From: Trichoplax sp. H2
Taxonomy: Eukaryota
Length of the DNA stretch: 64,000 nt
Direction: 5' to 3'
Assembly (NCBI GenBank): GCA_003344405.1
Contig: NOWV01000142.1
Span: 1-64,000, forward strand
The notes under the pieces were generated by a model that had not been told where the DNA came from, made no database searches, and worked only from the letters and a program-made list of their open reading frames with translations. The position numbers and the translations under genes were made by a program. Below, piece by piece: positions 1-15,172 of this stretch. Each line of letters opens with the position of its first letter. The stretch's first letter is position 1.

Positions 1-1235
1 AAAATTTTTTTCCTGTTAATTCTATATGACCTTTGTTAAATGCCTGAGTTGTTGTTGTGATAGAATCAAGCAGTATTAAATTGAATCGATTTTTCATTAA
101 CTGCAAATCTCCCTTCTTTCCATCACTGACACATAATGAATCACCAAATATTCAATTGAATCGTTTTTCTGTGGCTGAAAGTTGTTGCGATTAACTCTAG
201 AAAAGCTTTTACGATTACCTGTGTTTCTCATCGTCATATTAGAATCATGTAGCATTAAAATAAGCTGATATTCCATCGCTACAAATTCATTGCTCTTGAC
301 TATGTCACTGCTGCTCCTATCCTCATCACAGTGATATAGTCGTACAGTGTTAAATGGATCCCCTGTAACTGGGAATTTCTTGCTGTTAACTCTAGAATAG
401 CTTTTATGAATGCCTGCGTGCATTTGGTCTGGTAGAATTGTGCAGTGTTCAAGTTTGCTAATTTTCTATAGCTACAAATTTCGGGGCTTTGATCCTGTAA
501 TCGCCTTTATTAATGCTCTTATTTTCATTATTACGTTACAATTATGCAGCGTTAAGTTGATTTTCAGTAGCTGAGAATTTCTTACTCTTAACACTATAAG
601 AGCTGCAGTTGCTGTAATGCTCATGTTCACATGGCGATGCCATCATGTAGTATTCAGTATTGATTGATTTTCTGCAGTTACTAATATCTTGCTTTTAATT
701 CTCAAAGAGCTTTTATTAATGCTCTTATTTAAGACATTGTTACATAATCACGCAGCAGCTAATTGAATTGATTTCCTGCAGCTGGAAATTTCCTATTCTT
801 AATCTCAGATGTGCTTTTATTCATGGCCGTATTCTTGTCACGGCGCCATCATCAAGTGGTGTTCAATTGAATTGAGTTTTTATGGTTAAGATTTTCTTGT
901 TTTTTTAATTCTCTAAAAGCGTTCGTTCATATTCATATTCTATCGTAATTATAGAATCATGTAGAATTAAATCGAATTGATTTTCTGTAGCTGGAAATAT
1001 TTTACTTTTTAATTCCCTGAGAACGTTCCTATTCTAACGTAGTTCTAACGTAGTTATAGAATCCTACAGAATTAAATCGAATTCATTTTCTGTGGCTAGA
1101 AATTTCTTGCTTTTAATTCTCTTACAGTATTTATCCATATTAATATCCCTACAAGATTATAAAGTAGAATCATGTAGTGTTAAATCGAGTTGATTTCCTG
1201 TAGCTGAAAGTTTCTTGTTCTTAATTCTCTACCTG
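1..1235. repeat. Degenerate tandem array, ~100-105 bp unit, ~12 copies, truncated by the window start
   Basis: Recurrent TAGAATCATGTAG..TTAAATCGAATTGATTTTCTGTAGCTGGAAATTTCTTGCTTTTAATTCTC; the TTAA(T/C)TCT-like core recurs at about 192, 386, 588, 695, 799, 905, 1009, 1113 and 1221. Confidence 0.8.
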
Positions 1236-2124
1236 TGTAATAAACTCTTATTTAAAAAGAAAATTTACTCCATTGCCGTAATAAAGCTTAAAATTAAAGT
1301 ATTTACAGGTTATGAATATAATGAACTTAGTCAACTTTGAAATATCTTTGCAATTATGTATTACCAGTGGTGCTTTACACTTAGTGAAAACTGATTGCAT
1401 GCTATAAGATAGAATAAATATGAAAATCAATAAAACTAACTATAGTTGCTTCAGTGCCTGTAACATTTAGAACTCTATACGATAGGATAGATTGCCTTCC
1501 CTCATGTTGATGGATACCTTATGATCTGAAATATATCGTAGAGATGATAATAACTGAATGTCAAAACTTTCAGTGGCTGCAGCAGCGCTAATAAACAAGT
1601 GTAATTCACATAAGAAGCATTTGGAAGGAGAAGCCATTCCTTCCATTAGAAAAACCAAATTGAAGTTATAGTATCGCCCGATTAATAAAGGGCAAATTCT
1701 TATAAAAGCATGCTACAATGCATGCCGATTTAGATTAGCTAATTCAATGAAAAAATTCGACTCCTACTGAATCTAGTCATTGACGACGGTGCTACTTGGA
1801 CGTATTCCATGTCGAAGGTTGTCGATGTATGAAATGACCTCCATCTTTAAAAATACTTCGCCAATTGCCAAGATACCGGACATTTGAAAATAGATTTCAG
1901 GTACAATATCATGCACGATAATATTAACTTAAAGTCGGTACGGACAGAGTCTAAGGAATTTTAAAGCGAAGGCAAATATTCATTGGCATATTCAATGGGT
2001 ACCGTGTAAGTCGGAAGCGGCCATTGTGGGCTAGATTAAGGCATTGGATATTATCTACTAATGGGGTAGCCAAAATTGAGGTTTAAGCCCTAGTTTCAAA
2101 GGACGAAAAACAGGTTCTGTTTCC

Positions 2125-2965
2125 AAAATTGAAAATAAAGCGAGTTTATATTCTTTACTGTCATGATTGAGATGGAAAAGTGTAAAATAATATACCAGCT
2201 ATCCTTGCCAGTCGTGTTATCAAATTTTAAGTAAAATGAATTTGTATTATTTACTGTCAAGACTGAGATATAAGCTAGGTAAAATAGTATATCGAGCTAT
2301 TCTTTAAACTTGTAGCCTATAGCTATCTCCAAGATTTAAAATAAAATAAGCTTGCATTATTCGCTGTGATCACTGAGATATGGGCTAGTAAAATGATGTA
2401 TTAACCTGACCTACTCTTCATACCTGTTGTCCATTTCTATCTCCATCATTTCAAATAAAATAAACTTGCCTTAGTTGCTTTTTTAATTGAAAGGTAGGCT
2501 AGTAAAGTGATGTATCGAGCTATTCTTTAATTAATTAAGCTAAATGTCCAAAATTGTCTCTAAGATTTAAAATAAATGAATTTCCATTATTCGCTGTTGT
2601 GCTTGAGATGTAAGTTAGTAAAATAATATATCGAGCTATTCTTTGATTTAAACTTATTTTCTATATCTTTTTACTAGGTTTAAAATAAAAAAACTTGCTT
2701 TAACGCTGCCATAACTGAGGTGTAAGCTAGTAAAATAATATATCGAGCTATTCTTTAATTTAAACTTATTGTCCATATCTGTTTACAAGGTTTAAAACAA
2801 AAAGCTTGCTTTATACGCTGTCTTAACTGAGGTGTAAGCTGGTAAATAATATATTAAGCAATTGGTTTATCCCTTGAACTTGTCAGTATCTGTCATTAGA
2901 GTTAAAAATAAAATGGACATGCATTACTCACTGCTTTGATTAAGGTAGAAGCTAGGAAATAATCT
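2125..2965. repeat. Degenerate tandem array, ~110-115 bp unit, ~8 copies
   Basis: Recurrent CTGAG(A/G)TGTAAGCTAGTAAAATAATATATCGAGCTATTCTTT...TTTAAAATAAA; the GTAAAAT-like core recurs at about 2182, 2279, 2387, 2502, 2618, 2730 and 2842. Confidence 0.8.
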
Positions 2966-5900
2966 ATCAAAGTTAAGGTTGTCCGAGATTTGACTTGCTA
3001 ATCGAATGTAGTTCAATATCAGTCATTGTCAATTTCTTGAATTCTACCCTACTTCTATTACTCCCCAAAACCAAATTTAGGTAGCCATACTCTAGGATTA
3101 CCTATTCTACAACAAGAAATCTACGAAATTAAAGTAAGGTAGGTAGATTCAATTCCTTAATCTACGAATTCTTCAATTTTCTTGCGTAGAAATCATACGA
3201 CGATTTTAACTATGAAATCAATCGTTAACTAATCACAGAAAATAATCAAAAGGATTGATCAACTATTGAATTTGGTTTTCCATCACCTTTACTACTAGCG
3301 AATAACAAGCAATATCATATGTATTTCATTTTGCTGTAGCGTAATTCATAGAGCAAGGAAGCTTTAGGAAGCTCAAGGAAATGAAGCATTTTCAAAGCTA
3401 AAATAATTTGAATCAATCACCCAGCAACGTAGTACAAATTATACACAATAAATTACTGTACAGTATACCAACAACTTGAATCAAGAATTGCAAGTACTAC
3501 TATCCAATTTGACGTTGTCAAATATCCAAATATCCAACATCATTCATCATCTTATTCACTAATAATTCATTGAAGTTAGAACTCATTCCACACGACTCTT
3601 TTGGTGCCCTGTAGACAAATGGAATAGTTCCCTTTTCCTTGATACTCTTTGAGTTCATTTTTTTTTTCTTTAACAGACTGAGCGTTTCCCATTGTATAGG
3701 ATAATGGAAAATGCTAAAATTAAATAATGAAGCCATAATAGATGTCTTAACGAATCTATGAAAATAAAATAGCATATTGAGTAAGCAACTATCATGTCTT
3801 ATTTGTTTTCATCATCATCAATGCATCGCATTAGATACATAGAGTAACAGACTTGTTTAGGTGATTAATTCTTTCTCAACAATAAAAGGATATTTCTTCA
3901 TAGTGTGTTGTTTAAATACCCTACATTATTAGAGCTGTAAGCATTATAATGGAGAATAGATGATAATCCAGGTAATGTTAATTTACTGTATTAAAATTGT
4001 CTCCTAGGTAATGTATACTTGAATCAATTACAATACTCAAAGAAGCGCTAGAATACAGCAGATTAGTAGCATGCATGCTGCCTTGGTCTATCACCATTGA
4101 TTGAAATGGATATTTTTAGTCATTTAATTTAATGTCAACCATCCAATTTATTCCCTTGGTAGTTGTTCGACAATATCCTACTACAGAAAAAATGGCTGTA
4201 TCATACGTAGCAATTCTTTAACTTATAGCTACTACAGTAGAAGACATTTGAATTAAGCGGGTGATTGCTATTTCCTACTTTGATACGATACTTTATAAGG
4301 CCTATATTATAGCTATACAAGGGCAAAGTGTAGGATATCAATTGGAATCAGACATAATTATTTTGGCTGTAAATGAAATATACTCAAGATTTAATTCAAT
4401 GGAATAGCATTATGTTATTTAACTATTGTAGGCAATAATCTGTAGCAAGCATTAAACTTTTTATCAGGGTATCTTAGTTTGTACAATAACCAAACAGTCT
4501 CCTCTAGTAATAGGCAATGATTGAATTATTACTATTTGAATTTAACTTTGTTTCTATGACATACAAGGAAAGTATTGGTACATGTGGTCAAGTAAGGAAA
4601 ATTGACTAATGGATACCTTTAATTAATTTATTCAGCCCTGAAAGTAGAGATGATGCAATGACATGGATTATGTAATTATTGACTCCGCTCTTGGACATTT
4701 TAGGAAATCTTTTTCAGTTCTGCAAATGTCCCCGATACTGTATTGACCGTGACAGATAGAAGGGAATCTCGATTTATGAAAGAAAGCATCTCATAGCAAA
4801 TTTTATTATCATATCATTGTCAGCATGGTTGAAACTAGTTTCTAGGATAAATGTCAGCATAATCACCATACTAGCGACAAATATATCGTAAGTTTACACC
4901 GATTCATGCTTGATGGTACTACTTTGCAATATAAAACACTAGAGAAGCCTATCTTGCCGCTATCTAATAGCAAAGATAAAATAGACGCCAATTTTGACGG
5001 ACATTTTGCCGTGCAATTCTCTTCATTTATGATTATTTCTACCGCATTCTACTTGATTAACATAGACTCATTTCATAAAATGAATAGCAGCATTGGACTA
5101 GAGTAAATAATATCTGATTAATATACAGGTATGTATCATATTGTACACAGGAATGATGACGTCTATCATGACATATGTTGTAATATAAACATATTTTGCC
5201 TCTGCTAGGATGGCAATTTTTGCCGCTTTGATGGAATTAAGGTGGATAAGGTGACTAGCAGCTCTTTTTAACCTTAACCAGGAGAAAGTATACTTCGTTA
5301 TAGGATTGATTTTTGATTGTTTTTGATCTTATTGTATCAGGATCGTTTTCAACTTTTGCAACAGCGGTCATTGATCATCTGCCGTTGAAAAAGGAAGAAA
5401 AAATCATTTTCTCTCTACTTTCTCCAATATAGAGATTTTCGATCTATTAAAAAAATAGAATGATTACATTGATCATTCTTCTTAGGGTGTCTATTAGTTT
5501 TATTCAAGCCATTGTAGTCATTGCTGTGGACTTGATAGCATCTTATTATCCATTAATAAATTACTTCTGGGCTGTAATCGCCTGAAATAACTATTGACTC
5601 GCATAAAGACAATAGTCTTCTTATTTTGTTAATCTATATTCTTCTCTACAAACAAACTGTAAACTATTATTCAACTCATTTGGATCTACTGTTTGAAACT
5701 ATTTTTCTTCTGACCGCCAATTTTAACGGCTGCTTTATTACGATAACAAAGCAACAACATCATTACTGTATAAAGATCAATGCAATCATCAAGTGAATAG
5801 ATTCCATCATATAGATTTTTCTTTATAGCGATGATATTGTTTTAATCATTGTTAATTTAGTATATTCATTCCCCTTTTTGACCATTAGTGCATAAATTCT

Positions 5901-8900
5901 TGTGTTGTATTCTCCATTCAATGATAATAATATTGCTAATCGCAATTATTGATCGTCATTCTCAATAGTCAATGCATAATAATGCGACAAAAGGTGAAGA
6001 AAAGCTGTATAGCACAGTGAAAAAAAAGTGATTCTCTTGTCTATTCATAGTGGAAGAATAATTTGTGGATATGTTGTATGCAATCGATCAATGCGTTGAT
6101 TTCCTATATCAAGAATAGGCGATCCTTTTTCAGTGGATACAATCTTTAATATTGAAATCGAGCTCGATTAGCAAAAATATTGACCCACTCTCAAGGCAGA
6201 ACGACACGATAGAATAATGATGCTATCCAATTCCCTCCCCTTCGTTTAATTTCTAGTTTGTTAACGCGTAATTATCCGCTGACAGGCGATCAACAGAAAT
6301 AACAGCTGCTAATCATATAAGAAGGAGGCTGGTGCAATAGAATATCACCAACAATAGTGGCAACAATTCTGTTTTATGTTGTGTATTATAGCTTATTCTA
6401 ATTTAAACAATACTTCCCCATGAATAAAAAGAATGAAAGATTCTTTCAAAAAACAGCTGCTAATGACCTGATGATGATGATGATGATGACTCAAAGGCGT
6501 AGCAAACTTTATTTTTTATTTTTTATTTTTTTTTTACTCTCTCTCTCACGTACAGTTCTTCCTTTATTTTTGTTGATCTTTTTATAACATCCTTCTACAG
6601 GATGCTCATACACATCTGTCACTAAAAGTATGCTAAGCTGGATAACTTCCATTCCATTTAAATACTATTCAATTCGATTGATGAAGTTATTATGCAATAA
6701 CAGTAGTCTTGACAAGTAATTCAATAACTTCAATAGAAAGCATAATAACAGCTTTAAATTTATTCTATTAGCTTACAATGTCAATCTGAAGTCTATCGTC
6801 CTTTTTTTTTACATCTATAGATCTAATTATTTTTTTATTTCTAGGAATAAAATTGGTATGACGCAACCAGTTTTTTTTAATAACTTTAACTTAAAGCTAT
6901 AGAAAAGGAACATTTCTATACATTTGGAGCTTAAAATGGTCGCCAACTTGTTATTCAGTGAAAACTAGATCCATCATGATCGATAGGCAATGATCACGAG
7001 CAAGGAGTAGGAAATTGAAAATTACACATTTACCTTTCTACTCATCTTCATCATGACATCATGAAGATAAAGCTGTCAAGGCATCCATTCAATAGATTCA
7101 ATTTTCCGACCGCAAAATAACCTTCAAGCCTATTGTTCGCGCGGAAAGTAATTTTACAATATTAATCCGTACAAGCGGGAGAAATAAAAAAATAGGAGAG
7201 TACTAACCACAAATTGAATTTAATGTTAATTCTGTTTACTGTCTTGTTATTATTATTCAAGTTACTGTAATTCAATTATGTTGAAGACAACAACATGTTG
7301 TAAGAATGTTTTCTACGTTCTAGGAGAAACCACGAGATAAACTAAAGTATAATATCTACATAAAAGAAATTGAATTGTTCCAACCTTGATGATTAATTGT
7401 CTACAAGTCAATATTTTTCTCCTCCTACTACCTTGCCTCTATTCATAGTAACAAATTCATCATTTTACTTGTCAATAGTGATTGATCTATTCAAAATGGA
7501 CAGAAACAATTCGATATGTCAACAGGATGATGATCATGATGGACATGTTCAACTCGTCGATATAAAAGTTATCAACGAAAAAGAATAATATCATTGCAAA
7601 ATAATGCACGATTATACAACTAGCGTATTTGTATTTCCGCTATTTATTATTTTCCCCTGGGATTGAATAGGCCAATGACACAATGTTGGTTAACTTTAAA
7701 TTTGCAACAAGTGACAATGGTAATTAGACAAATGTTCAAATTGGATCGATAATTTCATCTGCATCCAAGTTGTTACTTATTCCAACTTGATCCATAATAG
7801 ATACACTAATTAGAATAGATTCTATTAACAATCTTTCATTGATTTCATTCATCCTGTCTACTTGCTTTTATATTGTTTCACTGGTAATAAGCTAGATTAA
7901 AAAATCATAGTAGTGTTCATAGTGAATCGATAGTCCATTCTCATTCGATCGAGGGCATTAATTCGGGCCTACGCTTTTCTCATGACAATCAATAAAAATC
8001 AAAAACATGCTACCACGAGGATTTCTTACATTATTTGTCTACAATACGGGACAATATAGACATCGATAGTCATTAAAATGAACATTACTAACTTATAGAA
8101 TTGAGCTAATGGATGTGTTACAAAAACAAATTCTGAAATGTCAACCACAGTATTAATAGGCTAATGTTAACCTAAAGAAGAAACATGATTAAAACAGATG
8201 TAATGAAAAATTAAAACAATAAATCTTGAACTTCAGCGGTAGTTCAATCTTTCATTCCTATTATACGAACCATCGAGATTTTATTACCTCTATAATACGA
8301 ACAAAGCATCGTCCATTTTTATCCGCTCAATAAAAGTGAGTCCTACTGCATAAGGGATATTTTGAAAACAATCTAATTCATCAATAGAGTTATATTATAA
8401 GTCATTGTCACAACAATTCTAACATAAAAATGTTTGATTAGCTTTAGAATCAATTCAGTTCATGATAGCAGGATGCATTAATTACAATGTACGTATATCT
8501 TAACTAAAGCTGCGACATCTACGATCTTCTGGTTGTAAGATTTTATCGTGATATCGCAGCTATTAAAGTACAGGAATAGCATGGATTGATGATGAGAAAA
8601 CATCCATTTCTCTATGCTATTTGATAATTAACTAACAGTAGTAAAATCTTGAAAAGTGCTATAGAGCATAAAGTGGTAATGGTATCATGAAATACTTTTA
8701 CAGTTAAAAATATTCATTCAACAAATTAAATCATTACTCTTCAGTTTTCATTCAGTTGGACAATCGAGGCAGTGCGGTAGTAACGCAGTTATTATGCATC
8801 CAGGTTACTGCTTCAGTATAGGTACAGAAATGCTAATCATGTGCTATTTAACATCCAAAGCCATGACATAATAAGGGATTGCAAGGGGTTTTCGATATTA

Positions 8901-11900
8901 TAGTAGCGATAAAGTATCTATCAATAAATCAAACGGCTAGTATAGTGTTCGCATTTTGTGCGTAACAACAAAGCAAAATCATTCATAGAAAAAAAACAGT
9001 GAGCAACAATAGGTATAGCTATACTACGATTAACATTCATATTCTTATAATCGATTGTTTTAAATGTCTTACTTGATAATCTCAAACCTTACCAATCCTT
9101 TCATAGTCGTATGGCAGACGAGTAAAATGAAATGTACCAAAACTGGATATTATTGCTACCGTATCTAATAAGTATCAAAGCATTACAACACTATACTTTC
9201 ATTTAGATTATCCTAGAGTTAATAGATATTATTTCTATTAAAGGATCGTTTCTTTATGCTCAATTAGCCTCTCCTATTTCAAATTTACAAAACATGCTAG
9301 CTTCTGTAATAGGACCTTGCATTTTAACCATATCTATTACTAATTTTAATGTACAATAATACAAGAACTAATAATAAATGAAACCCTCATCTTTTCATTT
9401 CTGTGGTAGCTCATATTTTTCAAAAATTCAATAATCTAGTTTCATTAAATGAATTGATACAGCGTAAGCTACCCGTCATTTTTACCATCTCAACTAACCA
9501 ATACATTATGCGATAATTTCAATGGATTGTACAAGAAGATTAAATTTTTCGACGAGATAGATAAAAAGAATAGAAAAGTTCCAGCCTATGGAAAAATAAT
9601 CTAAATCTTTAATCAAGATATTATTCTATCTCGTTGTTATAGCAGATACGAAAAATAAAATTCTGAATCATTGTTTTAATTATTTAAAAATTAGGAAAGT
9701 ATCTTTGTATGATTTCGGTATTAACTCAATGGTTGCCTTATTTTATCAACGAGCATAATTCAATACGTGTAGATAGCTTTTGCCACTGCTATCCTAAGTC
9801 AATTATTTCTCATCCAATTTCATCTTTGGAAGAAATCAATTTAATTCATTAAATTAGCACTGCACACCAATAGGATACAGATAAGAACTAAATAAATCAG
9901 TTGAATTAGATGTTATTGCTACCAAGAAATATATAGATTCCGGGCCAATTTAGTGAATTACGGTAACTTATGTACGATATATTTTCATATTCTACTAAAA
10001 AAAGGATAACAGACGACTAAAGCTAAACCAAGATTATTAATTAATCAGCATCTTCCCTATCATGTCATCATTCATCGGTTGACGACTTCTACATTACAAC
10101 ACTGATATAAATTGCATAGGAAACGACAACAAATGTTATTTGTTTTGAAACCAAGGCCATTACATAGTATATTATAATGAATCCATATTATCTCAAGTTG
10201 ATAAGCATTTATATACTAGAAGTTCAATCAAAGACTGCATACAATAGCAGTAATAAAAAGTTTGGAATATTTATGATGTGTGACATTTTCCTTTGATTTC
10301 GATCGAACATAATTAAAATCAATGAAATCGAAAGGCAAATTTTAAATACTATCCCAATAAATCACTCCGGTAATGAGAATAATAGATCAGGAAATCAATT
10401 AAAGAATGCTAATGAAAGAAAATGGTTATGTCGATACACTAATAATGCTGAAAGATCAATCGATAGGTAGACTTATGCTATTGAAGAATGATCACAAATA
10501 AACTAATAAAATTGCTTGAGAGTATAATAAAAGTGTTTTCATCTTATCAATAAATTCGAAAGTGCGTGCAAGTAATAATTTCTTATTTAAATTCTGTATT
10601 CTAAATCCTGTTTATAGTGTATTTCAACAAATGTAATAGTTCAATATCTACTAATGAATTATAACGGCGGACCGTTATCAAGGACAAACAGCTAAATAAA
10701 ATATCTTAACATTCAATACAATCTAAACGTAGAAATAATTACTCGAGCACTTTCAATGCATGCATGATAACCATCGTATACCCTAACTAGATGGGCTGAT
10801 ACGATGCACAAGTGTAAAATGAATATGATTACAATCAAATTAAACAGGTGAATTAACTGAAATAGCTATCGTGCTCACTATGGTACCTACAGTTTAGATG
10901 ACTAGTGATCAAAATTGAGCTGCACCGCCTTTTCATTTGATGATATTGCTTTTCAAATTTGAATAAAGTGTACTCGAAGGTCAACATTGCCATTGTATAC
11001 GTGGGTCCATAAACTATTTTTGCTACTGCACTGATGTACTTCTGATCAGAAATAATAACACAAAAATAGTTCGCTGAGCGCAGCCAAATGCTGTTGCTAT
11101 ACTATTTTCTAAAATTGTATATATACTGCCATCAGTCATGCCGTAAATAAAAGGTAATCATTGAATATCATCCATAACACTCACAAACTTAGAGCAGTGC
11201 AAGGACAAATTGATGAGTCTAGTGTTAATAATTTTTTTATTTTACGTCTTACGCCAAACATGCAGTTCAACGCATTCAACTCTATTTTTAAACTTAAGTT
11301 ATACAGTAATTAATCGTTTCACCCAACAAGTTTTTTTACGTCAATATATTGCGTAATTTGGTAATAGTTACCCATCGATAAACTAAAATATCGATGGACC
11401 GAAGTTGCTTCTTAATGATATACCAATGGCTAGTAGAAAACTAAAGACAAATAAGCCAAGTCAAGTTAATTATATTAGTATAGCTACTAACGTTACCATC
11501 GCAATATAAAAAGAATTTGAGACAAAACAGTTATCAATATCAAACTAACTACTACAACTCATCACATTAGCAGATCTGTAACATTAATCAGTATATCTAT
11601 TACTTTACTATCAAACTACATTCAAGTATTACATAACATTTCTTCTTGATTAAAAACTCTCTTATATAATCCCCTAGAAGGAGTTCCAGATATAGCTACT
11701 TCGACAAAATTAATACTGTTAATGACTAGGCAATAGTTATGAGAGAATGTATTAGCAATCGTTACAACATACTACAATCATGATAAAAGCAGCATCATAG
11801 CCATTCCTTCAATTACGATGATTGCACAGCCTTGTTATGTACAATCAGTATAGATTATGGAGCATGAGAATCATATTTTTAACCTCGACTTGACGTAAAA

Positions 11901-13108
11901 GTGTCACGACACCGCGAAAGGTGCGAAAAATATTGAAAGAGACAAAGAACAGAAACGGTTATAATTTTATAGAGAACAAAATAGAACAAAATATCTTTAA
12001 AGAGGCTGTAACATGTAAAGGAAACCGATAGAACACATCTACCATTATCATTGGCCTTTTCGCTACATTACAAAGTTACATTGGAAAGAGAATGTACCAT
12101 AAACATAGTTAGCTATTACATCTAATTATCCCATTGATTAATCATAGCTTAATTACTATTTCCCTTCCTAGAAGTTGATCAAGGGAAGACACTAATTGAA
12201 AGTCGCAGTACTAAGCATTGATAATTTAAAAAAACGAGAAAAGGGAAATATGATAACAATGCAATGGTTAAGAAGACAAAGAAAGAAAAAAGTTATAATA
12301 ACAAAGTGCTACCATATTCAAGAGAAAACAGCATAACGCAGACGGTAAGAATTGAAAGGCAATAAAAATTTTGTCGTGATACAGTATTGTAAATATATTG
12401 AGAACAATTACCATACAGTTGTAAAGTAATATACACATTAATTATAATAGTAGTAGGTTCAATTTATAATATCACTCTACATATAACGACAATATCATAC
12501 GAATTCAAGGTTCTTATAACTATTAAAGTGAAAAATATCGTTCCTATCATGACTACACCCTTATTAATTTCACTTTATTGTCAAGAGCACTAATATTACA
12601 AATACGTTTAATATCGCTCTAAAGACAACAATTCCCTATAAACTTTATGCCCATCAAAACAATTAAAAAACGCTATCCAAACATTATCATTTTCATAACT
12701 GGAACAAGTTATGAACGCTATTATTTTCGATATAACTAAGTTAACCTGTATAATTTTGCGATAGGAGAATTACAGCATGATGACCATGTTCTGCAGAACG
12801 CCGAACCGAAAATAAATGTATGCACGTTATGATGAAGGCCAATCATATAATCAAACTCCTTCGCCTGACCAATTTGGCTTCTACTGTATGTTACATAGGC
12901 CAAAAGTAAAAAACTACGTTAAACAGTCAGAAGAAAACCAACGATACCACCACGATTGTAGCATAAACTAATTCACTTTACGGAATAGTACCAATGTCGT
13001 TCCATCATGTCTATGTTTACATCATTATTCTTGTCTGCGTGAACTATAAGTTATTTCCCTTTGCACTAAAATTTTAATATGATTTTATGATTTATTAATT
13101 TCTCACTC

Positions 13109-15172
13109 TTACAGGTATTCAACGTTATTTTGGTTGCCAGGATTGGCAGGCCGAGACGACTGAACCTGATTAACATAGGGTGGATGTCCTTGTGGATTGA
13201 CTACCATCGATTGGGAAGCATTACCACCACCGCCTGCTGGAGCACCAGTAGCAGGTGCTTGATCATGTTGCTGCTTGACCATAATGTATCCTGGCATAGG
13301 TTGATGAGATGTTTGATAATATGGAACGAAGTATCCTCCTGCAGCAGCCCCATGTGGTGCCGATTGATTTGACATCACTGAAGGCATCGTTGTTCCGTTA
13401 ACAAAAACTGGCCCACCGGTTGCAGCCATAGTTGGGTAACTGTAGATCTGATTGCTGTTCATAACCTCGGTTGTCATTGGCCTCATCGAACCACTACCAC
13501 CTTGCATGTCAACACCTCCGGCAGCTCTCTGATTGGCAACAGCAGCAGCAGCAACTGCTGGATCCATAGGATATGTAGATGTAGGCACTGCAACGAACGC
13601 CCTGAATACGTACAACCAATGAAAACCATGTTAATTGTATAGAATGATAGATACTGTGTATCCAAATAAAGTTATTTATTATCTATCTCATCCAGCAATC
13701 ATAACAGCTTCAATTCGAAAGGAACTTGTTTGCAAAAATGAACACATAGCATTTAGCGTTGTAACTTTGTCATAGTACAATTTTGATATGATGCGACCTA
13801 TTCAATATTAAAATAGTAGATTGCCAAGGAACACCAAAATGCGAATGATCTATTGCCTATAGGATCGCCGATCAAGCAATCGTCTATAACTATAGCCAGA
13901 TACAGTAAACTATGTACAGTAGCAGCTCGTGCCCATTACCGGTGTACTGTATGGGTTGGTATATCGTTAAATAGGCCATCGATAGAATAAAATAACTTTC
14001 CTACATGTTAACACTGAATAGAGATTGAATCATGAAATAAATTACGAAATTTGATGCAATACCTAATTGAATAGATGAGGCTACACGAAAGTTATTCATA
14101 ATTGACAATGACTATTTGAAAATTACCAAATACGAGATTGGATTTCACGCATAATCAATTAAAATGATATAGTATCATAAAGAGTACAATCATCCATCTC
14201 CAAACTAATCTTTATCCTTGCAGTCACTGCTACAAGCTTCAATATATATATATCTGTTGCATGAAAGGATTCATTCGATTGATATCAAGTACTTACTGTA
14301 ATTAACTAAACGACAAAGATTAATGAAAGCAACTAGTACGGCATATGACTTATACAGTACAACGTCAATGCTGTAAACAACCCTTCAGTCTAGAATGTAT
14401 TGCAAATTGAATGCGATAGTAGTACCCTTAGCTGTAAACTCTCACTATCGCAGACTGAACAAACTCGATGGTAACACTTGTAAACAATTGTTGCGTTTAA
14501 AAGAAAGCTACATGCCGGTAGAACAGCTTGTAGCGACTGTAAATCAATGATTGACACTGTTTTAGCGAAAACAGTTCAAGTGCTCTATGGCCAATACGTG
14601 TAATATATATCATCAAGTATGATGGAGATTTTAAAGGTGAGCACGAAAGGCAGTAAAAAATGAAAAGAAATGTTATGATTAATCCTCCAGGTAAATCGCT
14701 ACCATTTGGAAACCACACTCAATCTCAACTAGATTAATGTACGTCAACATTTATCATTGGAAACTGTGTAACAAACTTGAATAACATGAGTCGCTTTTGA
14801 CGGCGACAACAACAGCATTATGCCGTATACAATCCATAAAACAACACTATTTTTTTTTAACAATATACATATCCACTTATAAAGTACACTAATTTACCTA
14901 TCTTTCTTTATTAATGATTTGGGCTTACGACGAGGTCGATACTTGTAATCTGGAAAATCTTTCATGTGTTGAGTCCTTAAATGTTTGGCTTCATCAACAA
15001 ATGGCCTCTTTTCAATGTCAGATAGCATCTTCCATTCTGCACCTAAGCGCTTACTGATTTCAGAATTGTGCATTTTAGGATTTTCTTGAGCAATTTTGCG
15101 TCTTTGAACTCGCGACCATACCATAAAGGCGTTCATTGGACGCTTAACGTGATCACTGTTCGACTTTGACAT
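13109..15172 (-). CDS. SoxB2: SoxB2-group HMG-box transcription factor (Sox14/Sox21-like), 2 coding exons, ~255 aa
   Basis: Exon 1 (15172-14898) encodes [47 protein letters not shown]...[17 protein letters not shown]: a complete SoxB HMG box, a short [13 protein letters not shown] start as in Sox14/21, and the group-B KKD(R) motif. Donor AG|GTAAAT at 14897 and acceptor TTCAG|G at 13602 are both phase 2 and join in frame to exon 2 (13601-13109), an Ala/Gly/Gln/Pro-rich C-terminus. Confidence 0.9.

Noticed and set aside
97-423. 108-aa ORF with an internal repeat
   Set aside because: Lies within the degenerate tandem array, and neighbouring units have stops.
3300-4800. Exon-like patches with AG/GT signals on the + strand, possibly a pseudogene
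   Set aside because: Frames are interrupted by stops and I recognise no protein family; cannot be supported without a homology search.
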